A stretch of DNA of 63,969 nucleotides, counting the filler, from an uncultured Gemmatimonadota bacterium (GTDB lineage: Bacteria; Blakebacterota; Blakebacteria; Blakebacterales; Blakebacteraceae): the NCBI GenBank assembly GCA_964576115.1. It is 3 parts of 3 records of this genome, joined end to end, with 100 filler letters (N's around TTAATTAATTAA, not from the genome) between each part and the next. Parts side by side here need not be neighbours in the genome. Positions count along the whole stretch, not along the records: positions 52,216 to 63,969 come from CAZNUA010000080.1; 2 more parts are not named here. One strand, written 5' to 3'. Shown here one piece after another: positions 56,038 to 63,969 of this stretch. The notes under the pieces were generated by a model. The model saw nothing but the letters and a program-made list of their open reading frames with translations, did no database searches and had not been told where the DNA came from. How positions within the stretch are numbered: position 1 is the stretch's first letter; every line of letters begins with the position of its first letter. Position numbers and translations under genes: made by a program.

Positions 56038-56305
56038 TATCCAGGAACCTCAGAGAAAGGTGTGAACATCCCGACCGCTGGTCGGATTCATACACCTGTT
56101 ACGGGAAAGAATACCACCAGGTTCTGGTCAAGCGCAGAAAGCGTGCTTCAGTGACCGACAAATGGCGTAACCATGCGGGTTTATGTAAAGTGAATTCACC
56201 TCCTGAAAGCCCCTTGAGGCTATGTTAAGTAAAATAGAAGTGAATTGAGATGGCCTCTTCCACCATCATTTGGAGCCATCGATCTTCCTGAAAATTTTCC
56301 AGTTC

Positions 56306-56339
56306 GAGGCGGCACCCGGCCCCCCGCCTTATACGGGTT
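56306..56339 (-). repeat. att-like site A: tRNA-Cys 3' end + conserved motif
   Basis: GAGGCGGCACCCGG (14 bp identical to tRNA-Cys)-CCCCCC-GCCTTATACGGGTT. Confidence 0.85.
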
Positions 56340-56486
56340 CTGCATCAGTCTGTGAGAACTCACTGCAGGTTTGCCCCGCGAATCATCTATTTCTTTAATC
56401 ACATCGCTGGTCATTGACAAGATCTTGAGCGAAGATACCAGGTTCTCCTGCGTGCTCCCACGATGGCCGGGGCGGGCATCTTTCCC

Positions 56487-56531
56487 TTGACAAAGTGGCT
56501 AGACCTCATTATTAGAGAACGGGTGTTCTCT
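56487..56531 (+). promoter_or_regulatory. Promoter and palindromic operator of the TetR gene
   Basis: TTGACA-17-TATTAG, then AGAGAAC-GGGT-GTTCTCT (56514-56531) abutting the ATG. Confidence 0.7.
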
Positions 56532-56532
56532 T

Positions 56533-57123
56533 ATGCAGATACTCAAAGATGAATTACGGCAGAGGATCATGGCGGAAGCTCTTGAGGCCTTTTATGAAAA
56601 AGGCTATGAGAAGGCATCCATGAGGGATTTGGCCCGCAGGGTGGGAACCAGCGTCAGCAACATCTATCACTATTTTTCAAACAAAGAAGAGTTGTTCAGC
56701 GCCCTCGCGGAGCCCATCGCACAAAGGGTGAAGCAGGTTCTCGAGGAGATCATCGCCCATGAGGCACAAAGTGCTACCGAGTTAGTGGAGGAGGAATACG
56801 TCACGCAGGCACTTGGCGAGGTAATCAAAGGGCACCGGAGGGAGTTCCTTCTGCTCATGGACAGGAGTGGCGGTACCCGCTTCGAGAATATCAGGGTGGA
56901 GATCATCAAAGCCTTGGCAACCCACATCCTCCAACGCCACCTCAGTGACAGCAGCGACGTACGCCATCCGCAGGATACCTTTATCATGCACGTTCTCGCC
57001 TCCAATCTGATCGAGGCCCTTATCGAGATAGCACAACACTGTCGTGATGAGAGAGAAATCGATTGCAGCATACGTTCATTGATGAAGTACCACCTTGGAG
57101 GAGTCGCGCATCTCATGAGCTGA
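56533..57123 (+). CDS. TetR/AcrR family regulator
   Basis: FYEKGYEKASMRDLARRVGTSVSNIYHYFSNKEELF. Confidence 0.95.
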   Translation: MQILKDELRQRIMAEALEAFYEKGYEKASMRDLARRVGTSVSNIYHYFSNKEELFSALAEPIAQRVKQVLEEIIAHEAQSATELVEEEYVTQALGEVIKGHRREFLLLMDRSGGTRFENIRVEIIKALATHILQRHLSDSSDVRHPQDTFIMHVLASNLIEALIEIAQHCRDEREIDCSIRSLMKYHLGGVAHLMS

Positions 57124-57145
57124 TCTCTTTTTTTTACTAAATAAA

Positions 57146-57157
57146 GAACACATGTTC
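57146..57157. promoter_or_regulatory. Second GAAC-N4-GTTC operator copy
   Basis: GAACACATGTTC upstream of the NmrA gene. Confidence 0.55.
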
Positions 57158-57191
57158 ATTAATGAGTGTTTGATAAGTAAGGGGCAGTGCT

Positions 57192-57235
57192 NNNNNNNNN
57201 NNNNNNNNNNNNNNNNNNNNNNNNNNNNNNNNNNN
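57192..57235. other. Assembly gap
   Basis: 44 N. Confidence 0.98.
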
Positions 57236-57247
57236 GAAGGACGGAGG

Positions 57248-58174
57248 ATGATTCAGACTGAAAAACGTGTGGCCGCACCTGTCATTTCAGTGCTTGGAGG
57301 AACCAGACATGTCGGTATCCCCTATATCAGAGAGTTCCTTGCCCATGGTCTGAAGGTGAAGATATTGGCGCGTTCACCCAAACGCGTTGCGGAGCGTTTC
57401 CCCAGGGCTGAGGTCTTTCAAGGAAGCATGATGAATGCGGATGATGTGAGGAAGGTGGTTGAGGGTGTGGACGGTGCCTTTCTTATCACGCCTATCGGTG
57501 GGAATGATAATGCGGACCTTGAAATCAGAGCGGCCACGGCTGCCATCACCGCGTCTCAGATTACCCGTTTGCCCCACCTTATATTCTGCTCTGTGATCCA
57601 ATCCGACCAGATAACCGGCGTACCATTGCTGGATGTGAAACTCTCGATCGAACGGCTGATCAGGGAAAGCGGCCTGCCGTGGTCGGCTCTTCGCACCGGG
57701 TGCTACATGGAGGACTGGCTGGAGTTCAAACCGTCGCTGCTGAAAAAGGGAATCTACTTTTTCCCGATCCGGTCTGCGCACCAACTCAGTTTTACATCCC
57801 AACGGGATGTATCACGGGTCGCAGTTTCATTACTGAGAATAAACAAGGTTCTCTATGGCCCCCTGGATGTCATCGAGCCGGTCACCCGCACCCTCGATGA
57901 GGTGGCCCGGCTTTTCGGTGAATATCTGGGGCGGAAGGTCGTGCACGCCGGTGGTTCTTTGCTACCCATTTTGAAGGTGCTGCAGCCCGTGGTGTTTCGA
58001 TGGCTCAAGCCCGTATTGGCCTCCAAGGTTCGCCTGGCGACGTATCTCGACTCTCATGACTGGTGTGGAGACCCGTCACAGCTCGCCCGGGTTCTACCGG
58101 AATTTCAAGTGACCTCTCTGGATCAATACCTGGCACACAGGTATGAAAATCTCACGATCACGCAGGGCATGTGA
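57248..58174 (+). CDS. NmrA-family NAD(P)-binding protein
   Basis: VLGGTRHVG, LARSP, GVDGAFLIT, K..IE..IRESGLPW.ALR.G.YME. Confidence 0.85.
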   Translation: MIQTEKRVAAPVISVLGGTRHVGIPYIREFLAHGLKVKILARSPKRVAERFPRAEVFQGSMMNADDVRKVVEGVDGAFLITPIGGNDNADLEIRAATAAITASQITRLPHLIFCSVIQSDQITGVPLLDVKLSIERLIRESGLPWSALRTGCYMEDWLEFKPSLLKKGIYFFPIRSAHQLSFTSQRDVSRVAVSLLRINKVLYGPLDVIEPVTRTLDEVARLFGEYLGRKVVHAGGSLLPILKVLQPVVFRWLKPVLASKVRLATYLDSHDWCGDPSQLARVLPEFQVTSLDQYLAHRYENLTITQGM

Positions 58175-58244
58175 CAGCCCACCATGAATAAATACCCGAC
58201 TCGGGGACTCTACCTCTGCCGATGCCTTCACAAAGGGTGTTGAT

Positions 58245-58811
58245 ATGGCAACGATATTCTCTCGCCTTTGTCACCTTGTCAGGGGCCTGAAGCTGCTAGC
58301 TGGTGCAGGTCTTCACCTGCTCCTGACGGGAGTTATCATTGAGGGCATCACTTTTGGCCTGAATCAATGGATTTCCATCCCTCTCAACCTGACCGGAGGG
58401 GCGCAGGTGGTTCTATCAGTTCCCTTTATCACCATATGCCTGTCAGGCCTGATATGGTTCAATCGAACGCTGAACCTGCCCGGAGTCTTTCTGTCTCACA
58501 GGGCGCACGAGTTGATCACTCATGGCCCTTTCTCCTATGTGCGACATCCACTCTATGCAACGCTCATACTCACCATCCCACCCCTGGTGATCATCTGGTG
58601 TTCGGATCTTCTCTTCACCATTCCATGGTTTCTCATAGTGATTGTCTCTCATCGTATCGTGCTCTATGAGGAGAGGGTCCTGCTTGAGATATTCGGTGAG
58701 GATTACGCAAGGTACATAAAGCATGTTCCAGCACTTATTCCCTTCGTGGGCACCGGTCGGCATTGTCAGCGAAGAAACAGAAATGCCTCCTCCACAAGCT
58801 CAAGAGCGTAG
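58245..58811 (+). CDS. Isoprenylcysteine carboxylmethyltransferase/PEMT family membrane protein
   Basis: LITHGPFSYVRHPLY, EERVLLEIFGEDYARY...VPALIP. Confidence 0.85.
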   Translation: MATIFSRLCHLVRGLKLLAGAGLHLLLTGVIIEGITFGLNQWISIPLNLTGGAQVVLSVPFITICLSGLIWFNRTLNLPGVFLSHRAHELITHGPFSYVRHPLYATLILTIPPLVIIWCSDLLFTIPWFLIVIVSHRIVLYEERVLLEIFGEDYARYIKHVPALIPFVGTGRHCQRRNRNASSTSSRA

Positions 58812-58877
58812 AGGTAACTTTCTTCTGGTGTGTAATTCCGATTGTTGGAGATAGCGGCGCTGTATGCCGTCTAAGGC

Positions 58878-58953
58878 TGGAGGCGGCACCCGGACTCGAA
58901 CCGGGGAATAGAGGTTTTGCAGACCTCCGCCTTAGCCACTTGGCTATGCCGCC
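58878..58953 (-). tRNA. tRNA-Cys(GCA)
   Basis: GGCGGCA acceptor stem, GAGGT-CT-GCA-AA-ACCTC, CCCGG-TTCGAGT-CCGGG, U73 discriminator, CCA. Confidence 0.97.
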
Positions 58954-59050
58954 TCGCAAGAGGATGTGCTCTGGGCACCGACGTACAAGATGAGTTGAAG
59001 TATGGAAGGGGACAACACGAAAGCTCGAACGCTTCCGGCTGTGAGATCAT

Positions 59051-59338
59051 AGTAGAATTATTAGATATATCTAATACTAATATATATTATAAAACAACAA
59101 TTAGTTCTTATAAATACATATATGTTATTTATAGTGATTATAAATCATATTAGGTGTAATTATGTGTCCATAAGGCATTTTTATATTCTGACAAGGCACA
59201 TGTGGTGAGCCCTAAATGACGTATAATCAAGTATATGGCGTATTAGATTGTTATATGGCTTTTATGAAATCTTAATAGAATTAATAAAGGTTATATAAAG
59301 ATATGATAGTTTCATAAAGGGTTATCTAGTACTGATAT
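59051..59338. other. Very AT-rich non-coding block with clustered palindromes
   Basis: 17 G+C in the 110 bp 59051-59160; perfect palindromes at 59059-59076 and 59078-59089. Confidence 0.85.
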
Positions 59339-59610
59339 GGCACAACAAGCTCGGTCAATCCCGGGATTCACGGATCAGGGAACAGATTATCATCGGGGTG
59401 AGAGGGGCTGGAAGCATCGGACAGGTCTCTGTGAGACATTCGTGAAGCCGGTGAAACGCCCCTATTGTGTTCTGAGACCGCCGACATTAATATGGTACCT
59501 TCCTTCATCTTTAGGAGGCCCACCCACCGTGTGACATCAGCCGGCCGCTTTCACCTGTCAGCGACAGGGTGTCGTGGAGGTGTACGGTCGCAGGCAGGAG
59601 GAACCCCGCC

Positions 59611-60819
59611 ATCAAGGACGTCTTCCAAAAGAGTTATGAGCCGGGCGGCCATTTCGGTCCTTTCCGGATGCAGGGAGATACCTATTTCTCCCAGCCGGTC
59701 CTCGAAGGACCCGCCGGCCCCCATGTGGTCTTCCGCGGCAAGGAAGTCCTCAACTGGTCGATCAACAGTTACCTGGGGCTGACCGGCAACCCCGAGATAC
59801 TGGAAGCGGTCCAGAAGACTCTGGCCGAGTACAGCACGGCTTCGCCGATGGGCTCGCGGATGCTGACCGGGAATACGCCGCAGCACATCGAGCTCGAGGA
59901 ACGGTTCGCCGAGTTCATGGGCAAAGAAGCGGCGGTCGTCTTCAATTACGGCTACATGGGTGTACTCGGAACGGTAAGCGCGCTGGTTCACGAGGATGAC
60001 ATCGTTCTCTACGACCGCATCGCCCACGCCTGTATTCACGACGCCGTGGTGATGTGCCGGGGCGAGCGCCGGGTCTTTCAGCACAACGACATGGAGCACC
60101 TCGAGGCGCGCCTGCAGAAGGCCCGTGACAACCACGACGGCGGATTGCTTATCGCCGTCGAGGGCGTCTACGGCATGACCGGCGATATCGCGCCTCTGCC
60201 CCAGATGTGTGAACTGGCCGAGAAGTACGGCGCCCGGACCTTCGTGGACGACGCCCATGGCTTTGGTGTCATGGGCCCGACCGGTCAGGGAGCAGCCGAA
60301 CACTTCGGCATGGCCGATAAGGTCGACCTGGCCTTCGGGACCTTCGCCAAGGCCTTCGCCGCCATCGGCGGAGTGGTGGCAGGCCCCAAGCAGGTCATCG
60401 ATTACATCCGCTACAACGCCCGCACCAATGTCTTCGCCAAGAGCCTGCCGATGGTCTACGTCACCGCCGTCGGCAAGGCTCTGGAGATCATGACCCGCGA
60501 TTCGAGCCTGCGCGACCGCATGTGGGAGGTCACCCACCGCCTGCAGGGCGGTCTGCGCGAACTCGGCTTCGACCTGGGCAACACCGAATCTCCGGTCACT
60601 CCGGTCTACGTGCCGGCCGGCGACATCGAGGTCGGCATGGGGATGGTGAAGATCCTGCGCGAGGAGTTCGGGGTCTTCGTTTCCGGTGTCATGTACCCGG
60701 TCGTCCCGAAGGGGATCATCCTCTTCCGGCTCATCCCGACCGCGGCCCACACCGACGAGGATGTGGACCGGACCCTGCATGCCTTCGAGCAGATGGGCCA
60801 GCGGATGGGTGTGATCTGA
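59611..60819 (+). CDS. PLP-dependent alpha-oxoamine synthase, probable cysteate acyltransferase (capnine/sulfonolipid type)
   Basis: NWSINSYLGL, HACIHD, HND, VDDAHG, GTFAK (PLP Lys), NVFAKSLPM, YPVVPKGIILFRLIPTAAHT. Start at ATC 59611 (strong SD) or GTG 59569. Confidence 0.8.
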   Translation: MKDVFQKSYEPGGHFGPFRMQGDTYFSQPVLEGPAGPHVVFRGKEVLNWSINSYLGLTGNPEILEAVQKTLAEYSTASPMGSRMLTGNTPQHIELEERFAEFMGKEAAVVFNYGYMGVLGTVSALVHEDDIVLYDRIAHACIHDAVVMCRGERRVFQHNDMEHLEARLQKARDNHDGGLLIAVEGVYGMTGDIAPLPQMCELAEKYGARTFVDDAHGFGVMGPTGQGAAEHFGMADKVDLAFGTFAKAFAAIGGVVAGPKQVIDYIRYNARTNVFAKSLPMVYVTAVGKALEIMTRDSSLRDRMWEVTHRLQGGLRELGFDLGNTESPVTPVYVPAGDIEVGMGMVKILREEFGVFVSGVMYPVVPKGIILFRLIPTAAHTDEDVDRTLHAFEQMGQRMGVI

Positions 60820-60879
60820 CATAACTGAATCGTCGGAGCCCGGCTCCACGGATCCGCCCGTGGCGGGTACCCGACAGGT

Positions 60880-63800
60880 TCAGCGAGTGATATGCAGGAG
60901 GGCGGACCGCTCGGTGCGCTCTCCTGTTGTTGTATCGGTCAGGGTGATGGTGACCAGGTAGGTCCCTTCGCTCGATTCGTCGGGGAAGACCACCCGCTGC
61001 CATTCCACCGCCCGGGTGCTGATCCCTTCTCGTTCGAAACGCAGGGTCACCGTACCCTCGTCCTGACGCCGGCCGATCAGGCGTCCGAGAGCGTCCACGA
61101 AGTCGGCCAGTACGCTCTGCTCCCGATCGATGCCGGTGATGCTGTAGGCCAGCTCGTAGGTCACAGTGCCGTATTCGTCCCGGTTCAGACCGTAGACCTC
61201 GAAATAGAGATAGATCGGCAGCTTGCGCCGGATGTGCTGTCCCGCATAGGGGAAGACCGCCGCATCGCCCCGGGCAAACCAGGTATCCGTCGGCAGGGAG
61301 GCAGCCTCTTCGAGCGGCAGTACCTCCCGGGCCAGAACCAGGCTGGAGAGGCGGGGAGCGTCGACGAGGGACCGGGCCAGGGTATCGTGTCCGGCCCAGG
61401 CGGGCTCACCGGCGATATCGGGCAGCAGTTCGACGGCGATGTACCGGATGCGGCCGGCTCCGGTCGGAGCCGTCATGGTGGGGGTGATCCACGTATTCTG
61501 CGTGGGGGTGAAGAACGCTCCGGTGGGCAGGGCGAGGGTATCCTGTCTGACCCGATACCAGCCTTCATCGAGCAGGACGATCGTGGCCCGGTCGGTCGGC
61601 GCCCGGGGCTCGCGTCCGAGCGGGGCGGTCAGCAGGGGCAGGTTCACCACCCCCACGAACTCTTCCCGCTCGGCCCGGTTTTCGAAGCGGTACCAGGTGG
61701 TGGTCAGGGGATTCACGACGGGGGCACCGATGACCCGGTCGAGATCGGGGACCTCGTCGGCGTACTCGGCGTATTCCGACGCGCTGGAGACCAGACGATC
61801 CCCATACCTTTCGGCTGAATCATCCCAGATCGGCCAGAAGATCAGGTTTCCACTGGTGTAGCCGCCCCCGAAGGTGAAGATCTTCTCGCCGTAGGTCCAC
61901 GTCTCGCTCGGAAAGGAAAAGCGCATTCGAGCAGCACTCTCAGGATTGGGCATGTTTCTGAAGCCGCCGCCCATCCGGCTCTCGAGGTTGGAGAGCGAAC
62001 TCGAGACCTGGTCGGGCTCGCCGTAGCGCAGGTAGACCCGGCCGCGCACGGTGTCCCAGCCGCGCAGACCGAGTTCGGGGACGGCATAGTGCCAGCTGAT
62101 CCAGGCCAGACGGCGGTACTGTTCGAGCAGTCGCTCGTTCACGGGGGTGGAGAAGAGGATGTCCTCGCTGCGCCAGTACCGGTTGGTGGCCGAGGTATCT
62201 AAGGCCGTCATGACCCCGGTGACCGGGGTGTCGATCGTGATTCCGCCTTCGGCAGGCGCGATCGACCAGCGGGGATCGCGGGCGATGGCGACCTTCTCGA
62301 CCGAGAGGGCGGTCAGGGCCGCTTCGTAGCTCTCCTGAGCCTCGGCCAGCCGGCTGAGACTCTGCAGGGCCAGCCCCCGGCCCAGGAATGCTTCGGGAGT
62401 GTGGGTGCCGTGCTCGATGAGGTAGTTCATGACCGGCAGGACCGCACTCCAGTCCTCGGTCCGGTAGGCGTTCAGAACCGCGTCGGCACCCATGTACCAG
62501 GTGGCGAGCAGGTTATCGGGATCGCAGGTCAGGGCCCGGTTGATGTATTCATGGGCTTCGGTCCGGAACTCGGCGGCGGTGGTGGCCTCCTCGCCGTGCG
62601 CGGTCTGGGCCCAGCTCGAACCGTGCCAGCCCAGGCCGTAGAGCAGGGTCAGGCGCATCTGGGCTTTGAGGGCGTAGGCGTCGGCGATCCCGGGCTGTTC
62701 CTCGAGTACCCTGTCGCAGGCCAGATCGCTGTACAGGCCGAAGGTGCGGTTGTAGAGGATCCGGGCCAGGGTCATGCGGTAGCGGGCGTCGCCGGGATCG
62801 AGCCGGATGGCCTGACGGGCGCGCTCTTCGGCCAGTTGACGGGAACCGGGTTCGCCCAGGGCCAGCAGAACGATGGCATCCAGGTGCCAGGCTTCGGGTT
62901 CGCGCAACAGCTCGCGGCGCAGCTGTTGGTCCAGTATGGCATGGGCCTCTGTGAGTTGACCCGACGCCAGCAGATCCCTTATCCGGCCGAGGGTGCCGGT
63001 ATAGAGCAGGGCGGCATCCTCGGGGGTGAGCCAGCTGCGGTTGCCGCCTCTCACTTCGGCCTCGGCACCCGCGGCTCCCAGACCGGCGATCTCGGCCTCG
63101 GTCAAGAGCAGGGTGGGATCGTAGACCGCCGTGTTCCGTTCGGCGAGCAGTTCTTCGACCTTGCGGCCGGGAGGGGGGGCGGTCTGGTCGGGATAGCCGG
63201 CCATGGGGACGTTCGTGGTGGGGGCGTCGAGGATCAGCGGCCGGGTTCCCCCCGAGGCGGGTCCGCACTCGGGCAGGGGGGCCAGGCCGGGGGCCACGCT
63301 CTCGCGCAGGAACTCCCCGGCTTGCCCGACCAGGTCGAGCAGGGCGGCCAGGGTGACGGGGTGCAGGTCGAGCCGCAGGCGCCAGGCCGCCGCGGCCCGC
63401 AGGCTGTCCGCGGATGAGGTGTTCCGAGCCAGATCGATCAGGACCTGTCTTTCGTGCCCAGTCAGGGCCTCGGGGCGACGGGTCCGGTGCACCAGGGGAT
63501 CGACGACATAGCCGTAGGCGCTGCGCAGGAAGAAAGAGATGTGCCAGGAGGCGCCTGCCAGCAGGGGGTGGTCCAAAGCCGCCATGCGCACGCTCTCGAC
63601 CGGATCGTAGAACCAGGTCAGATAGGGGGCATCCCGAAATGAACTCTCCTCGATCCGGGTAGGCGGACCGTACAGGATGAAGGCCTCCCGGCGATCGTCG
63701 GGCAGGTAGCAGCCGGGGAAGATGAGCTGGAAATCGGCGATCTCACGCCGGCCCTCGAAGAGTTCGAAGAATTCGTTGCGCGGCGTGCCGGGGGTGGGAT

Positions 63801-63969
63801 CGCGTGCGGCCCAGAAGGCATCCAGGGCCGTGTCGAGTTCGGCGTCCGAAGAGCGGGCCGCTCGACGGATCTCTTTCATCTCATCCGGTTCGGCGATCAG
63901 CGCCAGATCGTCGAGCAGGGTGCCGTAGACGTCTTCAAGCAGGTCCGCCGAGCGGTGGGCACACCCCGA
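60880..63969 (-). CDS. GWxTD-domain/TPR protein, 5'-partial
   Basis: GWDTVRGRVYLRYGEPD plus an earlier degenerate copy (FWAARDPTPGTPRNE...ILYGPP), TPRs, C-terminal beta domain (YLYFEVYGL). Frame open to the window end. Confidence 0.8.
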   Translation of the reverse strand, partial: SGCAHRSADLLEDVYGTLLDDLALIAEPDEMKEIRRAARSSDAELDTALDAFWAARDPTPGTPRNEFFELFEGRREIADFQLIFPGCYLPDDRREAFILYGPPTRIEESSFRDAPYLTWFYDPVESVRMAALDHPLLAGASWHISFFLRSAYGYVVDPLVHRTRRPEALTGHERQVLIDLARNTSSADSLRAAAAWRLRLDLHPVTLAALLDLVGQAGEFLRESVAPGLAPLPECGPASGGTRPLILDAPTTNVPMAGYPDQTAPPPGRKVEELLAERNTAVYDPTLLLTEAEIAGLGAAGAEAEVRGGNRSWLTPEDAALLYTGTLGRIRDLLASGQLTEAHAILDQQLRRELLREPEAWHLDAIVLLALGEPGSRQLAEERARQAIRLDPGDARYRMTLARILYNRTFGLYSDLACDRVLEEQPGIADAYALKAQMRLTLLYGLGWHGSSWAQTAHGEEATTAAEFRTEAHEYINRALTCDPDNLLATWYMGADAVLNAYRTEDWSAVLPVMNYLIEHGTHTPEAFLGRGLALQSLSRLAEAQESYEAALTALSVEKVAIARDPRWSIAPAEGGITIDTPVTGVMTALDTSATNRYWRSEDILFSTPVNERLLEQYRRLAWISWHYAVPELGLRGWDTVRGRVYLRYGEPDQVSSSLSNLESRMGGGFRNMPNPESAARMRFSFPSETWTYGEKIFTFGGGYTSGNLIFWPIWDDSAERYGDRLVSSASEYAEYADEVPDLDRVIGAPVVNPLTTTWYRFENRAEREEFVGVVNLPLLTAPLGREPRAPTDRATIVLLDEGWYRVRQDTLALPTGAFFTPTQNTWITPTMTAPTGAGRIRYIAVELLPDIAGEPAWAGHDTLARSLVDAPRLSSLVLAREVLPLEEAASLPTDTWFARGDAAVFPYAGQHIRRKLPIYLYFEVYGLNRDEYGTVTYELAYSITGIDREQSVLADFVDALGRLIGRRQDEGTVTLRFEREGISTRAVEWQRVVFPDESSEGTYLVTITLTDTTTGERTERSALLHITR

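Larger units (their letters stand above)
53999..58893. mobile_element. Tandem integrase-less islets integrated at the tRNA-Cys 3' end
   Basis: Repeated tRNA 3'-end fragments delimit modules of about 2.6 kb and 2.2 kb; visibly lower GC than the core genes. Confidence 0.7.

Noticed and set aside
53999-56339. Classical integron attC sites or CRISPR repeats
   Set aside because: No RYYYAAC...GTTRRRY architecture or intI gene; spacing is kilobases; the sites contain tRNA sequence.
57152-57247. N-terminal extension of the NmrA ORF
   Set aside because: It crosses an N gap; the Rossmann fold begins after ATG 57248.
59070-59097. dif-like site TCTAATACTAA-TATATA-TTATAAAACAA
   Set aside because: The spacer matches, but both arms are poor and such matches are expected by chance in AT-rich DNA.
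59051-59338. Call as oriC
   Set aside because: No TTATCCACA-like DnaA boxes seen and no dnaA/dnaN context; kept only as an unexplained block.

Overview
GC-rich bacterial sequence, probably a draft or metagenomic assembly. The gene content (ADOP permeases with PadR partners, a GWxTD protein, a group II GGGP synthase, a large SRP RNA) suggests an FCB-group or Gemmatimonadota/Latescibacterota-like organism; that assignment is inference. Two N blocks contain the artificial TTAATTAATTAA linker (26488-26587, 52116-52215), so the window is three joined contigs, and there are three further N gaps. Segment 1 (1-26.5 kb): a GH38-like lipoprotein, an M23 peptidase, four ADOP permeases (three with PadR), a split methionine synthase lacking a pterin module, aspA, an APC permease and an atypical enhancer-binding protein. 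Segment 2 (26.6-52.1 kb): mostly housekeeping (mdh, rpmA, rplU, rng, alaS, recX, recA, thpR, cinA, pgpA, pgsA, recR, ybaB, dnaX, SRP RNA, tRNA-Ser), plus a GGGP synthase, a small Cys4 protein and 112-bp repeats that each end in a copy of the tRNA-Ser 3' end. Segment 3 (52.2-64 kb) holds the most notable structure: small integrase-free gene modules stacked behind tRNA-Cys, separated by recurring att-like sites (tRNA 3' end joined to a conserved AACCCGTATAAGGC motif). It also has a very AT-rich palindromic block and a probable cysteate-condensing (sulfonolipid) alpha-oxoamine synthase with an apparent ATC start. All calls come from motif recognition by eye; no searches were run.
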